DNA from: Lingula anatina
Lineage: Eukaryota; Animalia; Brachiopoda
Direction: 5' to 3'
DNA: 64,000 bases
Assembly (NCBI GenBank): GCA_051362555.1
Contig: CM120648.1
Span: 12,768,587-12,832,586, forward strand
This document shows positions 44,701-58,310 of the stretch, one piece after another (position 1 is the first letter of the stretch; every line of letters begins with the position of its first letter). The notes under the pieces were generated by a model. The model did not search any database. It had not been told where the DNA came from and was given only the letters and a program-made list of their open reading frames with translations. Position numbers and translations under genes: made by a program.

Positions 44701-47700
44701 CATGGTGAGCATAAAAGAAATGATGTAATACTTGTTATCAGATGAAAACTTGCAGCTCCTTGGAAACGATGGTATTATCCAGTGTAAAACAGAATTTGAA
44801 AAAAAGTATATTTGAAGGTTGTACAAGTACATGTACGTGCATTTTTGGTCTTTTTAGCGAGCATATACTCAACTTGAGGAAATCTAAATTGCAGGGGCTG
44901 GAGTTCTATTAAAATCCGGGCACGAATGGAAAGAGCTGAGGAGATTCACGCTCTCGTCTCTCCGAGATCTCGGCCTCGGGAGAAAGAGTCTACAAGAGAG
45001 AATTCAGGATGAGGCAAGATACTTGGTGCAAAACATTGAAGATGAAAATGGAAAGCCTTTCTCTCCAAGGTTCAAGATCTCAAAAGCTGTCAGCAACATT
45101 ATTTCTATCGTTGTATTTGGAACAAGGTAATCAAAGAGCACTTTCACCACTACATTTTTGTACATGTTATAAAATAATTGATGAGAAAAGAGGGGATGTC
45201 GTTACATACAGAGATATGCTGCTACATGTACCAGTATAATAATATCTATTTTAAGTGTCATAATATTTATTTATTTATTTAATGTTTAAAACCTCAGAAG
45301 ATCCGTGGACTATGCAATGTTAAATAATTACGATTTTAAGTTTTAAATTAAGATAAAAATTATAAAACCACAATTAAGATATTAAATTAAAGGGCGCATT
45401 TAAGGTATATAAATAGTTTTATATACAGTAGAGCTTTAAAACCTTAGAATTTTAGTCAGCCAGGTTTTAATTTTAAAATCGAATGATCAGGGAACGTAAG
45501 CGACCAAAGGGATAATGAAATGAATGTAGTTCTCAAAGATTAGAGAAAATACATATAAACATGAATGTGCACAAATTTAAAATTAATTTATAAAAAGAAT
45601 ACATATAAATGCCGGAATCGGCAGCAAATTTTGCTCTTTAAACGGATCGGCCATATATTGATGACCTGGCGTTCTAGTCGAGATGCTTGCTTGCATTACA
45701 CTACCTCCAATTCTGAAACTGAGATTCACAGCTAACTAAAATTGAATTCCAGCGTTTTTTATGCCTATTGTCTTTTCTCAAGTGGATTAACAAAAGATGG
45801 TAAAATAATCTAACAGTTACCTAGTACATATGATATTTAACAACGTACTCAGCAAATTCATTGATTTTGGATTTAGCCGCTGTTAACCAGCACACACATG
45901 AAATCAAATTTTCCCAAAAGACAATACACGAATTTATAATCCACTGAACCATTTTGCATTATATTTAAAAATGTAAAATATCATTAACGATTTTTTTCTT
46001 TGCAATGATTTTAGATATGATTACAATGACACCCCAGAAATGCTTCCAGTTTTGGAGGAATTCATGCAACTTGGGGAAGGGGCACTCTCCCTTACCGACT
46101 TGGCACGGTTCTTTCTACCGGTAAACATTTTGCTTTAATCAATATTTTTCTACAAAATTTCTTATTTCACCTGCATTTATTTGTTCATACCTTAATCATT
46201 TCTCATATTAAATACGGTCTTTAAAGACTATTGGTTTATTAATTTATCTTAATTATTTACTTCATAAGCGTACTTTTAAATAGAAATTTCTAACATAAAG
46301 TTTTGTGCCCTATAAATTTGGATGCTTTGTATTGCAGCTGAAGAAGATATTCGCTCTCATTGACAAGTTCTATTCTTTGGCACGACAAGAAGTTGAACGA
46401 CACCGCCAGTCTTTTGATCCAACTGACATCCGGGACTTTATTGACCTCTTCATAAAGGTCACCCAAGAGGGACAAGATCCCGAGATTTACACAGGTGTGC
46501 CCCAGACGATTTTTTATAATACAACGCTGGTTCTACAACTTATACCCCCATGTACTAATCGATGATTGCCAATCACCTTAGACTTGTTAACAACGACGTG
46601 TATTCGACTACACACATTCAATCAGACACGCACGCCAGCTAATTTGCTTTTATAAAGTCATTGTTAAGCGAATAGAGGTTAATGTACTGTCTCCTAAAAA
46701 GAGATATTAAGAACTTGCTTTTAATCTCCTAGTTTTAAATTGATGTATTTTTCAGAATGGAACGTATTCCGAATCATTATTGATCTTTATTTGGCCGGGA
46801 CCGACACAACTTCTAACACTTTGAGATGGTCCCTCATCCATATGGTAAATCAGCCAGACGTTCAGAAGAGGGTGCAACAGGAAATTGATCAGGTAATGAG
46901 AGAAGCACACGAACGAAACGTAGTGCCTCGATATGAAATCAGACAACTTTTGTGTTTTTAATCTCCAAATACGAAAAAAAATCAATTAAGCTAATAAATA
47001 GGCTAACGTTAAGAACGTATTATATCGTTTGTTTTATATTAATTATTATTTAAGATCATAATAATAAACAAGTCGCATTTCGATGTACTCCATGCTATGA
47101 CCTTTATTTTAAAAATAGCAATTTGTACGAGATTACAAATTGTATCGCATTGTTTGGTTCCATTGCCTCGCTTTCAAAAATTAGAACAGGCGCTCCAAAA
47201 TCGTAAAACGAAGTTAAAAATTTTATATTGGCCGAGTTCCCCCACTGTTAAGAATATCCTCGAAGCATTATCTGCAGTTAACCTTCCTACGATTTTCAAT
47301 GTATTTTGCAATATAATTTACAATCCTCCAGATGAAGAATTTTATTAATCAAGAGTGGGGGAGGTGTGAAAATCCCCATTGGGGCCACATATAACACTAT
47401 AAATACAATGGGAATCCCCTTAAAATGAAGGTAAAATAAATGTTTTTCTAAGGAATTCAGACGGATTTACTTTTTACAACATAAAATCAATAGAACATTT
47501 CTTATATAAACTTTCAAAAAGACACCAGAGAGGTAATGAAATAAAATCAACCAGACGGTAAACACCGGCAGGCTTTGTCAATTTCACCAACTTGTTCATT
47601 TCATAGAAGTAGAGAAAATTCTATGTTCATTTCAAACAGCGCACGTTTCGCGCATGCGCAGTCGTTTGAATCCTGTGCTAATGAGAGAGAGAGAGAGACG

Positions 47701-49370
47701 GGGAGAGGGGGGCAGCGACCGGCTTGTGTGCTCAACGTGTGCAATTCGAACACGTGCACGTCTGTGTTTCAAATAATTTACAATATAAATGTAGTGTGCT
47801 AACTAAAAACTTGTGGGTTTTATCAAAATAACATTCATGCTACGATAAATGTGCTCAATTTAGTCTTTTTAATTAATATTTTGATAAATGTTTCTTTATT
47901 AAGGTCATAGGTCAAGGTCGTGTTGCCAAGATGGAGGACAAGGCCAGGATGCCATTCACTGAGGCAACCATCTTGGAAGTCTTTCGTATGTCAACTGTCG
48001 GTTAGTAATTTATTTGCATTTATTTCATATTTCCAATTTAGATGTTCACATTTTCTATGAGTCTACCTCGAGATAGAATAACTCTGTAGAGACCCGGTTT
48101 ATACATCGTAATTTCGGTAACGGTTTTAACTTTAGGGTAGATTATGCTATTGACATATGAGGCAATTGCAGAGACTCCCAGGAAATTTTCTTTTATAAGA
48201 GAATAAAATACGCATTTTAAACCTTTAAAAGTTAAAATAATCTTTTTTTATCCCTCTCATTAGTCACCCTGGGAGTTCCACATGCCACCAGTGAAACAAC
48301 CAAATTGGGCGGATACACCATTCCCAAGGGCACCATAATACTGGGAGATTTGTACCGGGTTCTCCACGATAAGAGTAACTTCGAGGATCCTTACAAGTTC
48401 AAACCAGAAAGATGGCTGGATGGTGACGGTAAAGTGACCAAGTCCGACAAACTGATACCGTTTTCCATTGGTAGGTTGTTTTATGTAAGACTAGGGTGCT
48501 TTCTCAGAGATTTAGATCGATCTAAAGATTAAGTTTTAGATCGACCTAACTCCCTGGGGGTTCAGGCTAAATTGCAGTCAGCCGAGCGGGCACCATAGTT
48601 AATTACCCCTTTACAGCTTTTAGTAGGCGGGACAGACGCTTAAGCCGGCCAAGCTGACAGTAATCTAGTGAGACTCCCCACAGGGATAGATCGATCTAAA
48701 AATCTATGGAAATGGGGTGTAGGTTTCCATACCTGGATCGATGTAACAGGATCGATCCATCTCCGAGGGGTTTCTCGCTAAATTGCTTTCAGCTTTAGCG
48801 ACTTAAAAATGAAATATCCCTTAGCAGCTTCAGTAGGCGTGACAGACATTTAAGCAGCATAAGTTGATTGCAATTTAGCGAGAATCCCCCCGGAGATAGA
48901 TTGATCCACAGTTTGTACGACAGGGTATGGGAATGGGCTCTTAGAGTTAGCCGTCGGTACCCGTCAGTAAACAAACACAAGTGCACTAGAATTGAAGGTG
49001 AAATGACATTTTTGATCAAAAGTGTATATTAAATTTAAATTCAGTTCAGTTCTTGGACACCATACTCCACATGCTTTTTAGCGTCAAAAGTACTGATATC
49101 TAACTTCCTTTTCAGCATCATTTTTTATTTCATTTATTTATAATTTTCTACTAATGTATTTATCCCATTATTGTCTATTTCATATCAGGACCTCGTCTTT
49201 GCTTGGGCAAGGGGCTGGCTGAAATGGAATCTTTCATCTTCTTCACCACGTTGCTTCAGAATTTTACCTTCAAGGTACCAGAGGGCGAGAAACCTCCGGA
49301 TGGAGTAAAAGGTTTCAACGCAGCCACCTTTTCACCATACGCCTATAACGTGTGCGCCGTCAGACGCTAA
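41761..49370 (+). CDS. CYP2: Cytochrome P450, CYP2 clan, copy A (500 aa). Exons 41761-42145, 44895-45126, 46015-46120, 46338-46494, 46756-46892, 47904-48000, 48264-48470, 49189-49370
   Basis: N-terminal anchor plus PPGP hinge, WKELRRF, I-helix AGTDTT, K-helix EVFR, PERW, heme motif FSIGPRLCLG. Exon lengths sum to 1503 nt in frame. The symbol is clan-level only. Confidence 0.95.
43095..43357. mobile_element. Palindromic MITE family GATCGATC(C/T)ATCTCCGA...CGGAGATGGATCGATC; other copies ~48515-48710, ~48720-48940, ~57750-60612 (interrupted), partial ~16240-16300
   Basis: Long inverted arms CTAAATTGCAATCAACTTAAGCCGCTTAGATGTCTG and CAGACATCTAAGCCGCTTAA...GCAATTTAGCGAGAA. Confidence 0.75.
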
Positions 49371-51751
49371 AATGAAGGCACATAGACCCAAACGACAAAA
49401 CGACAAAGCTGTCAAGGAACTTCAGTTTAGCCTTAACGTACGGTCTCGTAACCCAAATATTTAACGTATTGTTCCGTGGTTCAAGTATCAAGTGTCCAGC
49501 GGTCAGTTGATGATCCTATATGTCGGACTTGTGGCCAAAGGATCAGTTTATCATACAGCGTGGGTTTATCCGAAATCTCACATAATCTCGAGTAAGAAAG
49601 TGGGAGATTCAACGGTGAAGTGGCATGTGAAGTGGTAACGCGAGCGGGTGGCGGTGAGGCTCAGAGTAAATAACTAATCGGTTCTCTGGTCCTCTTTTCG
49701 TGGATAACGGTAATTTGGAAGCAAATGAACGGCAGGGTGTCACCTCTTGTCGTGCGTTTTACTCTGAAGCTCCCTGGGGAGCTGAAACAATTTAGTGTAA
49801 AATTTGGATTCTTGTTGAGTGTCTTGTACATACGCAAAATAAGTGGCTGTTGGTGCTTCAGTTGTAGCTGCAGCTGGCGCTGAAGAGGGTGTTTCACGTA
49901 ACTCAATGTAACTCATCGTTGCACTTGGACTGGAAAAGCAAAGATGTCATTGACAGCTTGTACTTGATTTGCACCTTGTTGAACCAGCCACACAATCCTC
50001 ATTATTGTCAGAGTATCTTCATTAGTCCAGAAAACAAAATTATTTCTCCCTCAGTTATCATCTAGAGCCCGAGGATGTTTCTTTTACGTCCATTGATCAT
50101 ATCCCTATGTATACTAATACGTAATTGAGGTGAATAATCATTTTAAACATATAATTGATGTGACCCACATACAGTTTTGATGATTTTAATTTGCTTTCAC
50201 TTGGAGGGAAAACCCCGCTACCCAGTATTTCACTTTTGCCCCCTTACTTTCCAAAATTTATGGATCCACGAGTGCACGAGTTGTATCAATATCAGCAGAT
50301 TGCGAAATGGAGAAACACTGTGCTGTCAGGTCCGTAGCCAGGGTATGGTTGTGAGTGTGTGTGTGTGTGTGTGCGTGTGAGGGGGGCTACGGGCCTGACT
50401 GTACATGTGTATCATACAACATTGACAACAATCGCTAATTTTACATGTACTTACAGTGTAGTATGTGTTTACTTAAAGGCCAGCAGTGTTGCTATTTCTT
50501 ATATTTATAAAGGTCCAAGGCCTTTAAATATGAAGCCTTTAAGAATAAAAACAAACGAAAAACATCTTTTTTAACTTTAAAGTTTTAAATGAATCATTTA
50601 TTTATTATTTTTATTTATTTTCATTGTTTGGTGATTTCGATTAAGAAGTTTCGACGATAAGGCATTAATATTAATGAAAGTTAAAAACAAAAAACGATCG
50701 AAATAAGACAAAACCAAATTCTTTTCCTTTATATTAATTCCAGTGAAACTGTCCCCGTTTATTGTTGTCGTGAAGCAAAATATTTTATCTTTTTGCCACC
50801 CCTTCCACCTGCTGCTTGTGAAAATCCTGCATCCACGAGTGCTTTCGAGTGTTCATAACACCACACCGAAAAGTGCCATCGACAATGGAATCGGTGTCAC
50901 AAGTCCTAGTGTCAACTTTGGCACAGCTCTGCTGTCTACGCGCAAACTTGTCATAGACTTTTTAACCCAAAGACAGCTAATCGAAACACAAACATCGCTT
51001 GTAATTGATATCTGGGACCGTTTCATATTAGGCAGAATGTGTGTGCGAAGCCAGGAAAGTTCAACGTACATATATCTAAAGACTGTTCCAATATTTACCG
51101 TCATGCTGGTGTATAAATCATGTGTATAAATCATAATTACTGTCATCCCCTTGACATACATTTCGGAACAGATAGCTCACAATTTATTTATTTATTTAGT
51201 TATCTTTTATTGTGTTATAATTATTTTATCTTGGGGGAGGGGCTGAATTACCCAGAGACATTTTGGAGTATTATCAACAACTAAATAACGAAAAGAAGGA
51301 GAGCAAAGAAACATCGAAACATCGCTAGGTTCTAGATACTAGACATCTTGCCTGGAAAACGCCCTTCATGTGCTTCTTGCCTATCGTTCCAAATACTTTG
51401 ACCTCTATCAGTCTTGGCACTACAACTACCGCTACTTGTCCCAGCTCACCTTATGTACCAAGGGCTAAATTACCGATACCAAGTAGAATATACGTATAAC
51501 TAACTTCGAATGCATCACACCCAGATTTCATATAGTGGCGGATGCAACCAAGCAGTTATTCCCTAACATTTAGTTTTATAATGAGTTTTTGTGAAAACCT
51601 TTTTGAATGTGGCTGTAGTGCCGCATTTCGCAACCAAACGCTTTGTGCAACCACATAAAAACGTGAAAGAGCATATTTTGCAACCATTTCTTTTTACCGA
51701 GTCACAAATGAAGCTTTACAGCGGTCAAACACTTGTGTTTTTCTATTCCCA

Positions 51752-51752
<1 letters not shown>

Positions 51753-51822
<70 letters not shown>
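51753..51822. repeat. (TA)n microsatellite
   Basis: About 35 TA units. Confidence 0.95.
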
Positions 51823-51830
<8 letters not shown>

Positions 51831-51898
51831 CAAAATGTTCCTATCACATTACATTACATGTATATCAAAATCACAATCATGTCTCAACCGCATCGCCT

Positions 51899-52025
51899 GG
51901 GCTTCGTAACTCAAAAGCAAGCGTCTCCATTCTATAACTTGGTATTTACTCGCCCCATGTAATAGTCTCGAAATGAAAGGTGATACAGCTTTCGCAATTC
52001 GCGATGCTTTCAAGTTACGGAGCCC
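51899..52025. mobile_element. MITE GGGCT(C/T)CGTAACT, opposite orientation to the copy at 61231-61380
   Basis: GGGCTTCGTAACT...AGTTACGGAGCCC. The interior matches the reverse complement of 61260-61340. Confidence 0.7.
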
Positions 52026-52787
52026 TGTTCTCAAGATGCAAACATAATCCGTGAGCAACTGACATCAGTCGTTGGGAGGAATGCGCCCCCCCCCCAAAAA
52101 AAAAAAAAAAAAAAAAAAAAAACATGACAGCGTTACTTCTACAGTGAGTTATTTTGTGAAAACCGTGTCAATTGCGGCTGTAGAGCAGCATTTCGCAAGC
52201 AAACGCATATTGCAACCACAGAAATACGTGAAAGCGCTTTCTGCGACCAGTTTTTTTTTTACCTAGTCACAAAAAAAAAAAAAAATAATAATAATAATAA
52301 AAAAAAAGAAAAAAAATAAATAAATAAAAAAACGTGAGAAATATGAAAAGAGCTTTTGTCAAGGGAAAATGTGTAAATAAACCTTTTTATTTCAAATCAA
52401 TAATTTTAGAAAAATTGGGAGATAACCGGCTGTGCGCGTACCTCCTTTTGTCGTTTGGGACCAAATGTGTTTTCATTTAAGCGTCTAATGGCGAATGTGA
52501 GCGATGTCCGTACTTCCAAGATCTGCCTGACCTCCACCAAGTACTGTAAATGTTATATGTATTAGTGTTTACATGACCGTTTCCATACATCGACCCAGTT
52601 TTTGACCCAACTTACAAGAAGTGACACTGAGCCGCTAGTGACAAATGACGTGAGCGCATTATATAGCTCTTGCAATAATAGATAGATCTTTCTGATTTTT
52701 AACTTTGGAGTTTGATAGATCTGGTAGATTTAGTCAGCGATTTTACATCGTCCTCAAGCACTTCCCAGACGATACCAACAAGCCAAC

Positions 52788-55700
52788 ATGGCCAACCTTG
52801 TGCAGGGCTTTTTCGCATATATTTCTACTGTCGGTCTGCCGACTGTTTTGATATTCGTGGCAGTGTTGTTGTTAAGTCTGTGGATGCTGTCGTCGAGGAA
52901 TCCTCGGGTGCACTGGCCGCCCGGACCTCTCTGTTTCCCCGTGGTGGGATGTCTCCCACAGCTGATGATTATCGGTAGGAGACGACAACCGACAGATCTT
53001 TTTCCATGGTATGATAAATACGGAGATATCATGCACGTAAGAATTGGTGAACAACACATGATAATGTTGGGGTCTTATGAGCTGATCCAAGAGGCTTTCG
53101 TGAAGAATGCAGCCACAGTCAGTGCTAGACCTACGTGGACATATCTTCTTAAACATATAGTCGGAAAAGACGGTAAGTGGAATCTAGCAGGGTAATCGCG
53201 TTTTCATTTTTATATGTGCCATGGAATCTTGCAAAATCATTATTATTATCATTTCCTCCGAAAAGGCTGTTATGTTTTTGTTAGCGTTATTAAGTGAGAT
53301 TTGTTTCTTTGTCTGTGTACAGAAAATTTCATAGAGTAGAATCGAGGTATAGAAGGGAAGAAGTCGAGACTTGCCTTGATTTTATTTGGTGACAGGGTAG
53401 TCTAACCTTCACCAAGTGTCAAAAATTGTACGTAAAATAGTGTTTACATAACCTCTGTTTCAGTTCATAGACCCAGTTTTTGACCGATACGGGGACTGAG
53501 ATATTAGACCCAGTTTTTGACCGATACGGGGACTGAGATATTAGACCCAGTTTTTGACCTATACGGGAAATGAGACAATAGACGTCCTTTGCTTGGGTGA
53601 AATGCGAACGTCCATGCATTAACTGTACTGAAGGCTTGGGAAAACTTCTGTTATTCCAAGCAACAAAGTCGTTCTCCTCACAGAATGTAAATTTGCGGCT
53701 TATTTGAATTTAAACCGTCAAATCTTGATAGTGTAAAGTTGAACAGGTTAAAAAATTTAGCGAGTTAATTTTTATCAATGTCCCCCCCCCCCCCCACCGC
53801 AGCAGAATCCAGCAATGTGTTAGTAAAAACCCTTTTTCACATAATCTACTGTTTGTCCTCAAACTTTTATTGCGAAGCTCGTGCTCTGTCCGTTGACATA
53901 CATGTAGTATCTTTGAAATAGGAACCCTATGTTGGCTATGTACGCAGCTTGGATTGGACAGGAAGATCACAACTGACGCATTTTCTCGCCACTTCGATTT
54001 CCAGACATGACATCTCAGTGGCGGATTTGGGGGGGGTGGGGGTGTCAGGGGGTCCTGATCCCCCTTTGATTTCTGAAAAAAATAGCACCAATATTCCAAT
54101 CTTCAAATTATTTTTATTTCTACTACTTTGTATTCCATCCCGAATGTCGAAAGAGTAAAATACAATGTAGTAAGCCGACTGCATGATCTGATAGTGCTTG
54201 GTGCCCTCAATTGAATCAACCACATTTGAGAGCCGACGGGGGGGGGGGGGGTCGGCTTAGCGTCCGCGGCCTGTCATTACTGAAAACCAGACCCCCTTCA
54301 AATAATTCTGCTCCCCTACATCTGACACGTTTTTTTATTATCTGTGTTATCGTATAGCCCCAGAACCCGAGGACTCCATTATGGTGGTCTGGTTCAGAGC
54401 TAGGTGTAGATAGGAAGGAGAAACCAGTAGTAAATTACTAGTTGTTTAAAAGAAATACCGAATTCTGTCTTTGAACTACTCATAAGAACGGCAGATGTCG
54501 CAAGTGTGTTGTCTAATTTTTTAATTTATGAAAAGCCATAAAGTACAGTTGTGAAAGAATGTCTTCACCCAAAACATAATTTCAACATCAACATCATCAC
54601 CACCACCACCAACAATAATAATAATAACAATAAAGAATGAATAAAGAAACGAACAACAAAAAAGGAAGACATGGTGAGCATAAAGTAATGGTGTAATACT
54701 AGTTATCAGATGGAAATTTTATTTTCCTGTTTATAAAAAAAGCCTGGTTTCATAATATGCAGCTCTTAAGTAACGATGACATTATTCAGTGTAAAACAGA
54801 ATTAAAAAATGTATATATAGAGGTTATACAAGTACATATATGTGCATTTCGATCTTTCTAGCGAGCATATACTCAACTTGAGGAAATGTAAATTGCAGGG
54901 GCTGGAGTTCTATTAAAATCCGGGCACGAATGGAAAGAGCTGAGGAGATTCACGCTGTCGTCTCTCCGAGATCTCGGCCTCGGGAGAAAGAGTCTACAAG
55001 AGAGAATTCAGGATGAGGCAAGATTCTTGGTGCAAAATATTGAAGATGAAAATGGAAAGCCTTTCTCTCCAAGGTTCAAGATCTCAAAAGCTGTCAGCAA
55101 CATTATTTCTATCGTTGTATTTGGAACAAGGTAATCAAAGAGAACTTTCACATTTTTGTACATGTTATAAAATAATTGATGCTACCAGTATTATAATATT
55201 TATTTTAAGTGTCATAATATTTCTTATTTGTTTAAAGTTGTAAATCCTCACAAGTCCTGTAGATTATGCAGTGTTTAAAATTACATTTTTACTTTTTAAG
55301 TCAAGACATAAAACCACATTTAAGACATTAAATTAAAGGGCATATTTAAGGTATATAAATCGTTTTATATACAAAAGAACTTGAAAACCTTAGAATTTTA
55401 GTCAGCCAGTTTTTTATTGTAAAATCGAATTATCAGGGGAATGTAAGCGACCAGGGGGATATTTAAATGAAAGTAGTTTTTTAAAGATAAGGAGAAATTA
55501 TCTAACAGTTGCATATGGTATTTTTAAATACTCAACAAATTCAATGAATCTGCATTTAGCCGCTGTTAGCCACCACACACCGATTCCTTTCAAAATACAA
55601 TGCATGAATATATAAACCACTGAACCATTTTGCATTGTATTTTTTAAATTAAAAATATTATTAAAGATGTTTTTTCTTCTTTTCAAATGATTTTAGATAT

Positions 55701-56883
55701 GATTACAATGACACCCCAGAAATGCTTCCAGTTTTGGAAGAACTAATGCAAATTGGGGAAGGGGCACTCACCCTTACCGACTTGGCACGGTTCTTTCTAC
55801 CGGTAAACATTTCGCTTCGATTAATACCATTCCACAAAATGTCTTATTTCACCTGCATATATTTGTTTATATCTTAATCGTTTTTAATGTTACATATTGC
55901 CTTTAAAGGCTGTTGGTTTATCAATTTATTTTACTTTTTAACTTCCTAAGTGTACTTGCTCTGTATTTCAGCTGAAGAAGATATTTGCTCTCATTGACAA
56001 GTTTTATTCTCTGGTACGACAAGAAGTCGAACGACACCGCCAGTCTTTTGATCCAACTGACATCCGGGACTTTATTGACCTCTTCATAAAGGTCACCCAA
56101 GAGGGACAAGATCCCGAGATCTACACAGGTGTGCCCGAGACGTTTTTACAATACAACGGTTGTTTTACAACTTATACCCATATGTACTAATCGATGGTTC
56201 CCAAGTCTCCTAAGACTTGTTAGCTACCCCCTAGATTAAAATTTACAGGGTTTTTATGCTAAACTTTATCAGTTGAACTGTCCATCACCTAACTTTAAAA
56301 CTGATTGGTTACTTCATACACAAGGCCACCTTCTTCCAGGTGGGCACTCCTAATACCACTCTGTAATCCAGTTCTAACAGATTACTGGCTTCGAAACAAA
56401 GGACATAAAAATTTGAACTGCAAGGTGTGAAGCATTATCTGAATAACTTGTACCACTTGGCTATATCTTGGCTTCCCATGTCTGAATTTTATAAAACAAT
56501 GGCTTCCTCTGATTGAGTTAATACAAGAACATGTATGAAAGTTTTAAAATTACTAATTACTCTTTTTTCTATTTTGTGGGTCCTGACACGACGTGTATTC
56601 GACTACACACAATCATACACGCACGCCAGAGAATTTGCTTTTACTCAGTCAATGTTAAGTGAATAGAAGTAATGTTCTTTTCTCCTAAAAGAGATACAAA
56701 GAAATTGTTTTCAATTGCCTAGTTTTAAATTAATGTAAATTTCAGAATGGAACGTATTCCGAATCATTATTGATCTTTATTTGGCCGGGACCGACACAAC
56801 GTCTAACACTTTGAGATGGTCCCTCATCCACATGGTGAATCATCCAGACGTTCAGAAGAGGGTGCAACAGGAAATTGATCAGG

Positions 56884-56948
<65 letters not shown>

Positions 56949-58274
56949 GTAAGTTGGGGGGGGGGGGGGTAGAGGGGGCGCACAGCGAACGGTTTGTGTG
57001 CTTAACGTTTGCAATACCCACACCTGCGCGCCTGTATTTCAAATACACATAAATATATATACTGTTAGTACTGGTAGTGTGTTTAAACTATTAAAACTGA
57101 AATCTTGAGAATGTTATCAAAATAACATTCATGGTATGATAAATGTGCTTTATTTACACTTATTGATAAATAGTTTGATAAATTAAGTTTTTCTCTATTT
57201 AAGGTCGTAGGTCAAAGTCGTGTTGCCAAGATGGAAGACAAGGCCAGGATGCCGTTCACAGAAGCAGCTATCTTGGAAATCTTTCGTATGTCAACTGTCG
57301 GTTAGTACTTTATTTGCATTTATTTCATATTTTAAATTTAGATGTTCACATTTTCTCTGCAGAGACCCAGTTTACAGATAGTAATTTTCGTAACGGTTTA
57401 GAATAGGGTATACTATTGACATAGGAGGCATTGGGAGAGATTCTCAGGGTTTTTTCTATTATGTAAAGATACAATACGCATAATGAACCTTAAAAAGACG
57501 AAACATTTTTTTATTCCATTCGTAAGCTACCCTGGGAGTTCCACATGCCACCAGTGAAACTACAAAATTGGGAGGATACACCATTCCCAAGGGAACGGTA
57601 ATACTGGGAGATTTGTACCGGGTACTTCACGATAAGAATAGCTTCGAGGAGCCTTACAAGTTTAAACCAGAAAGATGGCTGGATGGCGACGGTAAAGTGA
57701 TCAAGTCCGACAAACTGATACCGTTTTCTATGGGTAGGTTGTTTTATGTAAGACTGGGTTTCCATACCTAGATCGATCTTACAGGATCGATCCATCTCCG
57801 ATGTATGTCTCGCTAAATCGTAGGTCCCAACTACGTTTTGGGCGCACGGTTTTAAGGTTCCTTGCGTTCGGCAAGGACGTAGCTAAATCGCACGTCGCGG
57901 CTGTTGATCAAACAAGTTTGTACGTGCTGTTTGCGTCCTACCAAAAGTCGCACGATGAACGTGCTCCTCACGCACGAACTCCCACGTTTTCCCCATTTGT
58001 TTGGCCGTAGACCACACGTAGCAGCCCGTACGTTCGGTTGGGACCTAGGCTTAAATAGCTTTCAGCTTTAACTACTTAGAAGTCTGTCACGCCTATTGAA
58101 GCAGCTAAAAGATAATTAATTACCCCTTAGCATCTTCAGTAGGCGTGGCAGACATCTTAGCCGCTTAAGTTGATTGCAATTTAGCAAGAATTCCCCCGGA
58201 GATGGATCGATCCACAGTACTGTCCCGCCGGAAAGTCCCCGTACCAAAAGGCTCCATGGTCTCCCAACCCTGCC

Positions 58275-58310
<36 letters not shown>

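Noticed and set aside
49402-49419. Inverted templated insertion at the duplication junction (match to the reverse complement of 38168-38182)
   Set aside because: More simply explained as the diverged homolog of the unit start at 37611.
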